DNA from: Hormiphora californensis
Lineage: Eukaryota; Animalia; Ctenophora
Direction of reading: 5' to 3'
Length of the DNA: 64,000 nt
Assembly (NCBI GenBank): GCA_020137815.1
Contig: CM035357.1
Coordinates: forward strand, 3,658,001-3,722,000
Shown in pieces: positions 44,901 to 58,049 of the stretch. How positions within the stretch are numbered: position 1 is the first letter of the stretch; the number at the start of each line of letters is the position of its first letter. The notes below the pieces were generated by a model. It was not told where the DNA came from. It did no database searches and saw only the letters and a program-made list of their open reading frames with translations. The position numbers and the translations under genes were made by a program.

Positions 44901-47900
44901 TGTCTCAAAATTAAGTACCGGGGGGGGGGGGGGATATAATCAACAATTCATCGGAACTCTTTCAATATTTCAATAAATTGCACGCAACGTGTACAAATGT
45001 CACAACAACTAAGGTGTTTGCATCAGTATAGTGCAATAGTTTTCGTAGTAAACGAAAATTATTGCTCCCAGCTTGGATAAAACTGCATTTTTAATATATA
45101 TTCTCAATCTCTCGAGTGAAACTAACCTGAAATTCGGGACTATACTTCATAGCAACACGAAGGGCAGTTGGGAGCAGGATGTACTTTGACTTGGTTTGTT
45201 TTACATTTTCAATTATTAACGTTAGCCCAGCTAGTATTTCCGATTGTACTTCCACAGATTGGGTCGTGCTGTATATTACTTCCATTATTTTGATACACTC
45301 CAAGTATGCTGCAAGTGCTACCAACTGATAGGGGGAAGATGAGGGGAGTGAGCAAGATTTAGTGTTTCCATGGAAGTCAGAGAATGAGAGCAAGAGTAAC
45401 GTACCGGGGAGTGAGAAAAGATAACACAAATGAACAAGATTAGGCCAGTCATATGACGTTTTTTTCTCACCATAAAAGTTGTAAACCTAATTCCACTTCT
45501 AGGTTACTCTAATAGGTCCCTAGAATCACCAAAAAAATCCTTCGCGAATTTCGCGGTGAAGAACTTAGGTTTTTGGGCCACGCCCTTTTACCTATGTTTT
45601 TAGCCTGTTTTGTAAGACGTAACATGGCTTAGGAACGGAGTAGAGACAAAACTGAGGGCATTAAAGTGATCAGCGTCCTCGCATTAGTGGGGGTAGACAC
45701 CGAAATTAAGTCTCTATCTTTTCAGGTTAATTAGATAATTGGATAATTAGATGCGCACATAACCGTTTTGTGGCTACATGGTAAAAACCATCTTAGGAAA
45801 CGAGTAGAGATGAAATCGAGGGCACCAAAGTGATCAGCGTCCTCGAATTAGTGGGGGTAGGTACCGGAATTAAGTCTATCTCATCTGGTTAATTAGATAA
45901 TTAGATAATTAGCTTTGCGCATAACCGTTTTTGGGCTATATGGCTATAGCCACTTAGGAATGGTTAAGAGACTTTTCACTGGTGCCATTTTGTAGGCAAT
46001 GGCCAATTTATGGTGGGTTGACGTCGGACTTTTAAGCTCTATTTCCAACCGTTTAGCCGTTATTTGGCTTTAAAGGGGCCCAAAATGGGCAAAAAACGGT
46101 AAAAAGCCCGATTTTGAGTCTGGTCTAGATGTGCAGAATGGATCAAGATCACCCTTCACCAGATTGTGGGATCACACCAGGTGTGCTCAGTTCACCCACC
46201 TGTTTTGAGCTGGTAGTACAGTGGCCTATCAGCAGTGAGACATGAGCAAGAGCCGCATCAAGGATAGCTACACCGGTGGAGCAGGTGAGACGTACAGTTA
46301 GTTGATTTCGTGTATTCACTTGCTGCTGTTTACTTGTGTAGGTTGTCCCTATATAGAGGTGGAGATATAATCAGTGCTCCAAAAATATTTAACGAATCCA
46401 ATTAATACACCCAAACTCACGGGCATGTGATATTTATCAATTTTTGACCTGCACAGTGAGTCACACAAAAAAACAAGTGCACGAGAAGGGGGTGACAACT
46501 TCAAAAATCCGACTTCAGTGAACCAAGATCTTCAACATGAGGGAACAGAAATGTTCAACAGGGAACAGAAATGTTCAACAGGGAACAGAGATGTTCAACA
46601 GGGAACAGAGATGTTCAACAGGGAACAGAGATATTCAACAGGGAACAGAGATGTTTAACAGGGAACAGAAATATTCAACAGGGAACAGAAATATTCAACA
46701 GGGAACAGAGATGTTCAACAGGGCACAGAGATGTTCAACAGGGAACAGAGATCTTCAGCAAGGAACAGAGATGTTCAACACAGAGATGTTCAACAGGGAA
46801 CAGAGATGTTCAACAGGGAACAGAGATGTTCAACACAGAGATGTTTAACAGGGAACAGAGATGTTCAACAGGGCACAGAGATGTTCAACACAGAGATCTT
46901 CAACAGGGAACAGAGATGTTCAACAGGGCACAGAGATGTTCAACACAGAGATCTTCAACAGGGAACAGAGATCTTCAACAGGGAACGGAGATCTTCAACA
47001 GGGCACAGAAATATTCAACAGGGCACAGAGATATTTAACAGGGCACAGAGATGTTCAACAGGGCACAGAGATGTTCAACACAGAGATGTTCAACAGGGAA
47101 CAGAGATCTTCAACAAGGAACAGAGATCTTCAACAAGGAACAGAGGTCTTCAACAGGGAACAGAGATCTTCAACAGGGAACAGAGATGTTCAACACAGAG
47201 ATGTTTAACAGGGAACAGAGATGTTCAACAGGGAACAGAGATCTTCAACAGGGAACAGAGATATTTAACAGGGAACAGAGATGTTCAACAGGGAACAGAG
47301 ATGTTCAACACAGAGATCTTCAACAGGGAACAGAGATGTTCAACACAGAGATGTTCAACAGGGAACAGAGATCTTCAACACAGAGATCTTCAACAGGGCA
47401 CAGAGATATTCAACAGGGCACAGAGATTGACTAAGCTAGAACTGCAGCGACTGCAGCGCCGTTGTCTGGGACGCCCTTTAGAAGCGTTGTGGGTGGTACT
47501 TAAGGGATGAGAACTGAGAAGGAGGAGGTGGTTAACTCTTCTTTCTAGAACCGTATTTGAGCTAAAGGGGGTGATATAACTCGTACTGCGTTCACTTTAT
47601 GACTCTTCGTGGGTGTGACGAAATAGTTAGGTCGTTTTATCTCTGACGTTTCAAAACAAATACTGGTTATCACAACTACTGCGCGGGAGAGTTTGGAGAA
47701 GACAACTGGTTATCTCTGACGTACAGAACCTTCGCTCCTCTAAATTCACATACTCGCTGAAGGGACGGAGGGAAAAAGAACGTACAAGACGTTTCATCAT
47801 AATATTGCAACTTAGTTGGGGTCACAAAACGCCATCCAGTGTGTCCGAGGAACCACCAGAATTTCAGTCATTAGATGATTACAAAAAAATTCAACTCACC

Positions 47901-49737
47901 AAGTTCAAAGAACTTGTTATCACGGTATGCGGACTGCATTGTCATTCTTGATGCAGCCGAGATACGAGTCACTGTGGTTGCCGTGGCAACGCTCTTCGAT
48001 ACGTCATCACAATACTCAGAGATCAGGTCCGCGGGATCTGCAGATTGATTCAATTCCGATATTTCCTGGGGAGGAAGATGGGGCTAAAGCATGTTGATAC
48101 AAATGAGTAGAAAGGGTGTTCGCAGTTCGCACGAGGCGATGGATGAGCTGTTGCAGCAGAGGATCTGATCTTCTACAGCTTCGAACAACTTAAAAATTCT
48201 TAGTTCTCATTACCATTGGATCCCGAGGTATGAACAGTAGCCATTTCCTCAAGTTTGAGAAGGTGATGGAGTGGATTAGAAGTAGGGGCGAGTAGGAGGC
48301 AGAGGAGCTACACAGAACAGTCAAGGGGGTCGTCAATGGGACCTGCGTAAAGGCGATATAGGTGATAGGAAACGGATTTCCAGAACGGAGGTGTTATCTG
48401 GAAGATATCTGGTGGATATCTATGAACTGGGACAGGGGACTGGCCAAACTTAAAATTCCCATCCCCTACCCCTGCAGGATATAATAATTTTTTAAAATAG
48501 TCTCTTACATGGTTAGGTGCGTAGTAGCGAGTGCCTCTTGAGAACCTGCTTCTCTTGACGATACTGGGATTACTGCACAGAAAGTTGTAGACATGCTTGT
48601 TGATACCAAACAATTCGTTAACCGTGAGTAGTCGATTAGTACTGAAATAATTCGTTAACCGTGAGTAGTCGATTAGTACTGAAACAATGAACAGTGAGTA
48701 GTCGATTAGTACTGAAACAATGAACAGTGAGTAGTCGATTAGTACTGAAACAATGAACAGTGAGTAGTCGATTAGTACTGAAACAACAACAGATCATAAT
48801 TACTTGATTAGTATTGAAACACAAATCGGGTTACTATATCTGAGGAAACAGTCTCAGCCCCCCTTTTCTAACATGAGTCTATTTTGTTACTGAGTTACAT
48901 TAAATTCAACAATGTTTTATCGGGTTATTATCCCAACACCCCTTTTCTAACATGGATCTACCGAGAACATGGTTAATTGTAGCAGAGTTACTGAGTTACA
49001 TTAGTCAATTACAAATGGATATCACAAATTACACATGGATTGTTACAAGACGTCCTGCTTACTAAAGCATAGTGTGGTGCAGAATAGCCGCCCAAAGGTA
49101 TGGCTGGGACAGCAGTAACCGGCTGTCTATATCAAATATTAAACTCTGCAGGCACTCTCGAGTTATCCAGATTCCAGACTACTCCGTCAGATATTTAGTT
49201 TAGAATTTTGTGTTGTGAGTATGATAATATTTTGAAGTTTATAATTCAGATTTGTTATTATTCTTGGCCCCTACAACTGTTATAGTTCTCTTACCCGGAG
49301 AATATCTCCGACTCGAACATAGCCCTGATGTAGCTGACGCTCGGAAACTGGTCGATTCGCTTCAAACAGCACCAGAATTGCTAACTGACAGATTTTGGGA
49401 TCTTTGAACCTTGCATTGTCTTTGTTCTGAAATAGTAAAATGTTTGCATACTACATAATCATAATATAATTACTAATTATAATGTACTAATTACTATCAA
49501 ATCCCGGTTAAAAGAATGGGGACATCAAATTTATCTAAAACTCATTAGAATTTTAAAACGGAACTGTACCTGAATTTCAGTCAGTAGATATTTGAAAGTC
49601 ACAGAGGGGAGAGGCACCCTGTGTTTTGACAGGTGGAGATACAAACTACGGAGGGCCTCCGTGACGTCACTAACTCTCCGACCAGATTGGAGGCTTACCA
49701 GTACCTTACTAGATAACTCGTTCAGGCGATCTGACAT
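41945..49737 (-). CDS. Unidentified multi-exon gene encoding a Leu-rich helical protein; 5' limit uncertain
   Basis: AG/GT-bounded open exons at ~49737-49569, ~48067-47900, ~45324-45127, ~42536-42286 and 42130-41945. The last joins in phase (QNIQDK|VTPS..VLAYR*). No family recognised. Confidence 0.55.
43191..43747 (-). mobile_element. Non-autonomous Helentron/Helitron2-type element (HINE/DINE-1-like)
   Basis: On the minus strand: 5' ttttt-ccctgccc subTIR with a nearby inverted repeat; 3' gggcagggaaa subTIR, a gcattatg-aata-cataatgc stem-loop, then tcttgtt. Confidence 0.75.
46525..47427. repeat. Satellite of 20-bp (gggaacagagatgttcaaca) and 15-bp (cagagatgttcaaca) units
   Basis: Directly visible. 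Confidence 0.95.
48612..48786. repeat. Tandem repeat with a unit of about 33-36 bp (gtgagtagtcgattagtactgaaa...), 5 copies
   Basis: Directly visible. Confidence 0.9.
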
Positions 49738-49800
49738 TCTACAAGAACAAGATATTCTACAGCTGGGTGATATTCAATATCCTAAAGCACCAGAATAAGT

Positions 49801-50985
49801 AATTCGGGGCCTGGCAAGGCCCCCCGACCCGAATATAACCCAAACTCAACCCATCCCCCCTAAAACATCCCCCCTAAAACTAAAACAACGGGGCCGAGCC
49901 GACAGGCCCTTAATACCAGATGAAAAAAAACCATAAAACCATTCGGGGCCTGGCAAGGCCCCCCGACCCGAATATAACCCAAACTCAACCCATCCCCCCT
50001 AAAACAACGGGGCCGAGCCGACAGGCCCTTAATACCAGATGAAAAAAAAACCATAAAACCATAACCATAACCATAACCATAGATATTTTTAGAGTGAAAG
50101 TTTTGAAGCCCCCTGAAGTAGTAGAGAGGTGTTCTATGGCTCGTTGGAAAGGTCTCGAGGTCCCGCGACGTATAGGGGGTGTGGCGATGGCCGTACCCAA
50201 ACCCATAAGGGGTAGGACGCGAAAAACAGTCAAAATACGGGGTATGCAGATCTCGGCAATTAGAAGGAGTAGAAAGGTTTTCTAGGGTGCGTTCGAAAGC
50301 TCTCGAGGTACTAAAGTAATTGGAATGTAATTGGAAGTAATTACATGTAATTGGAAGTAATTAAAGGGTAATTGCATGTAATTAAAATGTCTAAATGACC
50401 CAGAATGATAATTTAAACATATTTTGATATATTTGGAGGCCCTGAGACCAGCGGGTGGCCAAATTTAATCCAGTTTCGGGTCGGCTGACGTAAAAACTCC
50501 GCGTTTTGGTCGAGATAACCATAAACCATAAACCATAGATATTTTTAGAGTGAAAGTTTTGAAGCCCCCTGAAGTAGTAGAGAGGTGTTCTATGGCACGT
50601 TGGAAAGGTCTCGAGGTCCCGCGACGTATAGTGGGTGTGGCGATGACCATACCCAAACCTATAAGGGGTAGGACGCGAAAAACAGTCAAAATAAGGGGTA
50701 TACAGAACTCGGCAATTAGAAGCAGTAGAAAGGTGTTCTAGGGTGCGTTCGAAAGCTCTCGAGGTGCTGAAGTAATTGGAATGTAATTGGAAGTAATTAC
50801 ATGTAATTAAAATGTAATTACATGTAATTAAAGGGCAATTACATGTAATTAAAAGGTCTAAATGACCCCAAATGACAATTCAGACATATTTTGACATATT
50901 TGGAGGCCCTGAGACCAGCGGGTGGCCAAATTTAATCCGGTTTCGGGTCGGCTGACGTAAAAACTCCGCGTTTTGGTCGAGATAT
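49801..50985 (-). mobile_element. Helentron-like non-autonomous repeat with both ends internally duplicated
   Basis: Terminal hairpin ggggcc-tggca-aggcccc plus ccgacccgaa occurs at 49801 and again at ~49941. The inverted ttcgggtcgg occurs at ~50474 and ~50942. A unit of about 460 bp is present twice. Confidence 0.55.
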
Positions 50986-51029
50986 AATCCAACCCACAAC
51001 TCACTAGAATAAGATATTCCTTTCGATAT

Positions 51030-52797
51030 GGTCCCGGTCGGAAAGTCGGAACACTTTCGAGATATTTTGATGTCTCAAAAACTGACCAACATTTCTAAAA
51101 TTGGTTTTTAAGGTACTTCTCCTTATCTCAGGTACATAAAATTTTAGGAGTAGATAAACAAATGTATGAAAAATAATATCTGATAAGAAAAAAATACATT
51201 ACTCAACTGCTGTGGATCATGATAGGACAATATTTATAAAATTCAACCTGCTGACTTCGTGTTAGCTTTTTCTAGGAATCTTTTTCAACAATGATATAGA
51301 TAATCGTCTTGGTCATCTAGTAAACATTGGTTGAGTCGCTAAATACTCAACCAATGTGGATACACAAACACTTGAACTTCAGACAACAAGTAAAGGTCGA
51401 AACAAAGTTTAAAGTTTGAAAATATAAGTCTTAGTAAGTAGGAAATTGTCCCAAGTTTTCATATTAGTTAAAACTGGAGCAAAATAAACACTCAACTCGT
51501 GTGGATAATCAATATAAAGAACCCAATTACGGTTTATTCATCAGAAAATGATCTTTTTGAGATAATATTAGGTCACAGATGGACATGTAACCTTACAAAA
51601 CAGTCACACTGATTATCAGATAATTCTACTCAACTGGTGTGGATAAAACCACTACCAAAACCAGCCACACGTCACAATTCTAGCATATCCACACCAGTTG
51701 AGCGGATTTTGGGTACCAAATTGGGTAAGTTACGTGCACAAGCGTTGGGGCTATCTATTGTAGTAACTTATTTGGTACAAACAGTTAACTCAACCTCTGT
51801 GGATAAGTTTTTCTGACAAAATTTGATTTTTATCCACACTAGTTGAGTCATTTTAGATCTCCTTATTGATAATTAAGACTACTGATCGAATCGACATTGG
51901 TTGAGCAACACTTTTGAGTTCTAAATTCCTATAATTATCCACAATTTGAGTCGTTAGTTGCCACGAAACTAACGATTTAAAGTAGTGATCAAAAATATCC
52001 ACACGAGTTGAGCAGATTTTAAGTACCAAATTGGGTAAGTTACGTGCACAAGCGTTGGGGCTATCAATTGTAGTAACTTAATTGGCACAAATAGTAAACT
52101 CAACCTCTGTGGATAAGTTTTTCTGACAAAATCTGATTTTTATCCACACTGGTTGAGTCATGTTGGATCCCCTTATTGATAATTATGACTATTGATTGAA
52201 TCCACATCGGTTGAGCAACTCTTCTGAGTTCTAATTCCTAAAATTATCCACAATTTGAGTCGTTAGTTACCAGCAAAAGATGGTGAAACTAATGATTTAA
52301 AGTAGTGATCACAAATAAGCTTATCCACAGCAGTTGAGTCAATTTTGAGAACCAGTGATTAGTCAAATAGGTGCCGAATAGATTGGAAAACTGATTAAAA
52401 TCAATCTGAAGCCGAAATAATGTCCCTAATCCTTGGTTGAGTCGCTTTTTTACTAGAAAATTGATAATTATCCACATTGGTTTAGCATTTTTTCTTTCTT
52501 TGTACATAGTGTCAAAATAAGTGTAATGAGATGCAGAATTATCCACAAATGTTTCAGGACCATACCATTTATCCACTTTGGATGAGCACCGTTATCCACA
52601 CAAAAATTATCCACACATTTTGAGGCCTTGTAAAATAAAGCAGAAATGAGCTTTAACGTTCTAGTTTTCATATTCGTAATTTAGAGATAATTCCGGGTGG
52701 ATAACAATACTCAACCAAGCAAAAGTACTATATTTAGCACAAAACATTGTAATTTTTTTAAAATTGGTAAAAGTGTTCCGACTTTCCGACCGGGTCC
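51030..52797. mobile_element. Non-autonomous TIR element with ATAT target (Sola1- or ISL2EU-like)
   Basis: atat|ggtcccggtcggaaagtcggaacacttt ... aaagtgttccgactttccgaccgggtcc|atat (one TIR mismatch). Contains a duplication of about 310 bp and many CTCAAC-N3-TGTGGATA motifs. Confidence 0.85.
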
Positions 52798-53050
52798 ATA
52801 TCCTATATACATAATTGGCATGCTGCCAGAACAAAAATAAAACCAATACAAACGTTGTAAAAGAATGTAAATTTCTAGTAAAATAAAATTAACACAATCA
52901 AATAAAAAGTTAAAAAACATACTCTAAGAACCGGTACTTTCGTTAGTTTTAGGGATAACCGAGACTTTGTTACACTTTAGTTCCTTGACTGCAGTGTCAA
53001 TACAAACCCCATCCCCAGGGGCACAAAGGAGATGGGTCCCAATTGTGTCT

Positions 53051-53318
53051 TTATATCTTCCTTCATACACACTTCCCCCAATCTGAGGCATGGAGAGAGA
53101 GGGAGCTGAGATAAGAATGATAAGACGAAGAAAAATTATCCAATGCTAGGTAGGGGATAATTACCCTACCAATTAATAACTATCTTATATCTTCCTTCAT
53201 ACACACTTCCCCCAATCTGAGGCATGGAGAGAGAGGGAGCTGAGATAAGAATGATAAGACGAAGAAAAATTATCCAATGCTAGGTAGGGGATAATTACCC
53301 TACCAATTAATAACTATC
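53051..53318. repeat. Tandem duplication of 134 bp, apparently exact
   Basis: 53051-53184 is repeated at 53185-53318. Confidence 0.9.
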
Positions 53319-53964
53319 TGTGCTAATTACCTGAATGTAGGGTGATTTAGAATCCAGCTCTAACACCTGGATATCAGTAACATTTTCAGGGACCTCAGTG
53401 ACGTGTTTCAGTGTAACTACCACTGTAACCTCATCTTCGTCTTCACTATAACACTCTTGGGAGGGAGCTGCAGCTGCTGTATTGGAGTTATCTGGTGTGA
53501 CTGCAGTGACTGCAGCTGTACTATTTTGGGAGGGGACTGTAGTGGAATCATCTTGTGTACTGGCACTATCTCTGGGTTCTTCCTCGGGGGTAACAATCAT
53601 CTGACCTGGGGTGGGAGATGTTTGATCTTCCCCGCCATCATCACCTGTCATGCTAGGTGGGATGATTGGGTTGAAACGGAGATAAAACTGGAAGTTTTTA
53701 GGTTTGTAGAGTGATTAAACACACAGTTTGGGTCACTAATTCAATCAATCCGTTACAGTTATAAACACATAAAAATCAAAGCCCCTTCCGTGATCTTGCA
53801 TCTTTCATTGTCTTGTATTTTAGCACATCTCTCTCTTCTCTAGCTCTGGCAGTGTTCTCCCGATTGTACTGAATCAATTACCCCGGCTATTTATCAACCC
53901 ATATCATTCGAATTCCTACCCTTTCTCAGGCTCAGTCCTGAGACAGAGAAGTGCTGAGAATGTC

Positions 53965-56557
53965 TCAACCCTTCTCCGTGGAATTCTTCCTACTTTCACT
54001 CTTCTCAGTTGAATTCTTTCTACTTTCACTCTCCTCACTTATGTACGATAAGTTGGATGCCGTGCTGACTCTTCTACTGTCCACCCGTACTATCCACTCC
54101 CGGGCCATCGCCGAGTATTTCCTTTCCCCGTCTTGATGATTCGAGACGTTGTGAGATTCTGGGTTGGCGCAGTGACAGTTGTCAATTGCAGTCAGGCAGG
54201 ATAAACACAACCGGGCCTGGGAGAAGGGAAATTGGTGTTCGAATGTGATGACAGTGAAACATATTAATTGATAATTAAACAGCCATTTTTGCTGAAATTT
54301 TACACATGTAAACCCAGCTAACTATGTGTATCACCCCCTCTCCCCCTACCCCTTGTCCCTTAACTTACCCCACCCCTACCGGAGTTTAACCCCCCCTTGT
54401 CCTTTAATTCACCAGCCAGGTGTGTATTACCCCACCCCCTACCGGAGTTAAACTCACCAGCCTAGAGAAGTTTTCAGAGGTTATGCTATTGACGGAGGAC
54501 GAGTCGGTGGATAATGTCCCACTTTTCCGGGCAGCAAATGAAGCAAACATCTTTCGAGCTTTGTACAGACTTGCAGTTTTCCGGCGGGCGTAGAGAGCTT
54601 CTTGCCGGGCTCTGATGTACTCATCTTGGACGTTTGGATCGACCTCCATGGAAGTTAGAGCCTCACCCAACGCGGTCACCAACTGAAAAAACATTCAAGA
54701 TAAATTTACAAGTTCGAATATGGTAAAATAAGCAAAAAAAAACTTGCTAAGAAAGTTTTTGATAGATCCGAGTATTATATATTATATGGCTCACCTGTCT
54801 GTGTAGGGGCTGAATCTTAGAGTTTCGCATTAGCAGCACACTGTAGGCAGTATTCACTGTCTCTACCCATTGCATGGAGTCAATAACATTGGCCGGTATC
54901 ACGAACTCATCGCAGCGGCAGTGCTTGTACATGTTCAACACGACCCGATGAAATGATTTAAAGTCAACAGAACGCTGTTGATTTAAAATGCCCCGGATTT
55001 CATGTTGTTGGTTTTGTCGGGCTTTTTTACGCTTTCGAGCTATTACAGTCGATTTTTTTAGATCCAGCTTCTTTTGGTATCCCGCGGTTGCTGTGAGAGA
55101 TTAAGGGAGTGTTAGACAAAGATAATATAATCCTAACTAAACATCCCCAAATGATTTCGTATTGCGATAGTTCCTTGTGTGTTTATATTCCCAGAGAAGA
55201 AAACCCAAATGCTACACAAACACACCTACCTGGCCTTGTTCGACCCTCCCTCCCCGCACCCCGCGAAATAAAATAAAAAGGGTTTGAACAAACACAAACC
55301 TACCTCGGTCTATCTGTTCAATAACCACTGCAACAAAAAGATTCCCAAAGATGAAGTGGCCCACAAAGAGGAAGCTAATAATAAAGACGTAGGTAGAGAA
55401 GTTAGCTGATAACTCCACCAAACTATCTTTTACCTCCGTCCACCCTTCAGCTGTGACCAGTATGAACAAACTGAAATATTGAGATATTATGTGGGGGGGG
55501 GGGGGGGTATAGAGATATTGTGTGGGGAGGGGGGAAGAGATTAAGTAGTAAGATTATAATTATGCCAAAAATGAGGGAAATTTTAATGTTTGAGATAAAG
55601 ATATGAATGAGAGATGCCCATTGTCTTCGACTAATGACGTAGATCCAAAGCAAAGTAGAATCCCATTTCTATTAACCTCAAACAGGATTGTGCCAGTGAC
55701 CCCCAATACTGGTTTCCCAGATCACTCTTCTCCGCCGCATCATATCCGTATACGTAGAAGGCCATGATTCCATAGACAAACATGAGCAGTATGAGAAGGG
55801 CTACTATGTGAACAAATGAGCCGGTGAGAACTGATATCAGGGCTGTTACCACAACCTATGGAGTGAGTGAGTGTGAGTGAAGGGGGGGGGGTGAGTGAGT
55901 GTAATGGGAGGAGACGTAAATTCATGAGTACGAGTAACATGGAGTGAATGTAATGAGTGTAAACTGTAATGAGAGGAAATTTAACAAATGAAATCATGAA
56001 GTCGTTTGTTGCTAAATCTCATTTGTATTAACTTGATCTACTCACCTGAAGTCCACCAATAAGTGAAATGGATCGAAGGGGACGAAGCGCTCTCAAACTT
56101 CTCATCACCTTTATGACACCAAGATTCTTGACTCCAGTTTGTGATAAAAGCAGCTGAAAATCAATGCAATTTAGTTCGTTGGATAATTGTTTAAATAAAA
56201 GCAGCTGGTAAAGATAAAACTGTAGCTGTCAGTGAAGAATAGTTTAACAAATGGAGATAGAATTCCTACCTGTAGATGGGAGCAAAGCAGAACACCAAAA
56301 TCGAAACAGTTGAATCCATTAAACCAGTAACCTCTTCCCAAGCTGTACAGTTTTATAGCAAACTCCATGGTATAAATCGCTAGGAAACAGCTGTCTAGAC
56401 CATCCAGTATTTCCAAAATATTTGTTGTTTTTGGGTTTAGATCCAGGCTTGAAGAAATAGCGAAGGTGAATGTGTTGAGAAGGATACAGGTCATGATTAT
56501 CGTCTTGAAGGCATTGGAGTGAGCCACGAGTTTAATGAAGGCGTCAAGGTTCGTCAT
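53965..56557 (-). CDS. CATSPER3: CatSper alpha subunit, CatSper3-like; exons 56557-56270, 56153-56046, 55855-55677, 55470-55304, 55090-54795, 54682-54458, 54216-53965 (3' end uncertain)
   Basis: Single 6TM unit: YWFNGFNCFD, S4 KVMRSLRALRPLRSI, pore LFILVTAEGWT, S6 FIFGNLFVAVVI. The tail QQHEIRGILNQQRSVDFKSF..KIQPLHRQLVTAL is colinear with recalled CatSper3. All junctions are in phase. Confidence 0.82.
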
Positions 56558-56690
56558 CGTTCTGCCATATTCCCAATGCTACACTTTTCTAATTGTGCAT
56601 GATCTTCTAACCCATTCGTTTACATCGCTATGAAGAAAATATTTAAGTTACGGTCGAGAATGAATCGGAAAGGAATCGGAAAAGTAATAA

Positions 56691-57904
56691 TCCATATAAT
56701 AAATTCCAAAATGTTAGTCCGATAATTGTTTTCTCCCTACTCCTCCTACAGTTTTTGAGCTAGACCCCTGAAAATTTGTACACTGGTACTTTGGACCAAG
56801 GCGGGTGTAAGTACGGGCTCAGATTTTTGATCCGATCTTTACAACAGTGACGTCACGGGGTGACGTCATTGCGACAAAAAGACTTACATTTTTCAAACGC
56901 TTCTAAGACCCTGAAAACGGCTCTAAATCAAAAAACTAACGCAATAGAGGGGAAAGAGAATCGTTTGAACTTCATTTTACATGATAGCGATTTCCCGTAA
57001 CTCAATGTTTAAGGGTCGTAAATCGCGTCGGGAAAGTTAAAAATGCCAAAAATACGATATTTTTCACCGTAGCCACCCAAAATCTTATCCAATCGATATG
57101 AAACTTGGTCGTTATGTGAATTTTAATGTCCTTTGGCCAGGGGTTCCCGGAAAACGGATTGGCAAGATGAGAACTGACCGGAGTTCTTATAATTCTAAAT
57201 TCACGAATTTGGAATTTTTCGTCGACTTTTTTTTGGCGAGGAAATTTTCAATACAATGAATTTTAAAATTTTACACTGCGCGCGTAATTCTAGGTTCCGC
57301 GCGCGGCGTAAAAAAGCAGCGCTTTTTCGGGAAAATTCGCGTGTTACAGTAAATGATTTACCCGCCTCGCCAAAATTGTAACGCGCTCCTACTATGAGAC
57401 TCATTGCTCTAAGGAACAAACAAATTAATTTATCTTTTAAAAATCAAACACAAATGTCACCGGTTATATGAGGATAAATTACCATTTACCAGGTCACGGG
57501 TTCCCAGCAAACGGGTGGTAGGCGGTAAATGTTAACCAGATCTGTGAGAATTTCGCACGTTTTTGCGCATAACTCAGCCATTTCTTCACCCATTTGCAAA
57601 ATCTTTGGCTCATTGGAAAGAGGACATTGAGATCTTTCAAATGAGCTCAAGAAAATGAAAATTGGCACAAATTGCGTGGCGTGGTGGCGAAAACGTGCAT
57701 TTTGCGCCATGACGCCGTGCATTTTGCGCCGATTTTAATTTTATTAGGCTCATTCGAAAGAGCTCAATTTCCTCTTTCCAACGCGCCCAAGATTTTGCAA
57801 ATTGGTCAAGAAATGGCTGAGTTATGGACAAAAACGTGGTTTTGCACGTACGTATTCTCTCAGATCTGGTTAACATTTACCGCCTACCCAAACGGGTACT
57901 CTAG
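56691..57904 (+). mobile_element. Non-autonomous Helitron
   Basis: a|TCcatataataaatt ... acgggtact-CTAG|t, inserted at A^T within a (TAA)n tract, with no TSD. Confidence 0.85.
57517..57888. mobile_element. Palindromic MITE with a 9-bp TSD (Merlin- or Mutator-like)
   Basis: caaacgggt|ggtaggcggtaaatgttaaccagatctg ... cagatctggttaacatttaccgcctacc|caaacgggt. Confidence 0.88.
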
Positions 57905-58049
57905 TAATAATAATAATAAAAATGACAGTTTATATCCCGCACTGACACAGTTTTAATTACAGACAACTCGTTTTCCTTCATTTGAAAGGGACTGCAGCAG
58001 ACTGCCTGCTCCTAGCACGGTTCTCTGATAACGGTGAATTAGTCGGGAA

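Noticed and set aside
48612-48786. CRISPR-like array (also considered for 63107-63634 and 46525-47427)
   Set aside because: Units abut with no unique spacers, there are no cas genes, and the context is eukaryotic.
51500-52615. Bacterial oriC or contamination
   Set aside because: The boxes lie inside a TIR/TSD-bounded element between intron-containing genes, with no bacterial genes nearby.
53307-53651. Acidic, Thr-rich ORF as a separate gene
   Set aside because: It may be a further CatSper3 exon or belong to the next gene, but it cannot be linked or identified from sequence alone.
56579-56581. In-frame TAG upstream of the CatSper3 ATG read as pseudogenisation
   Set aside because: All downstream exons are intact and in phase; 5' UTR is the simpler reading.
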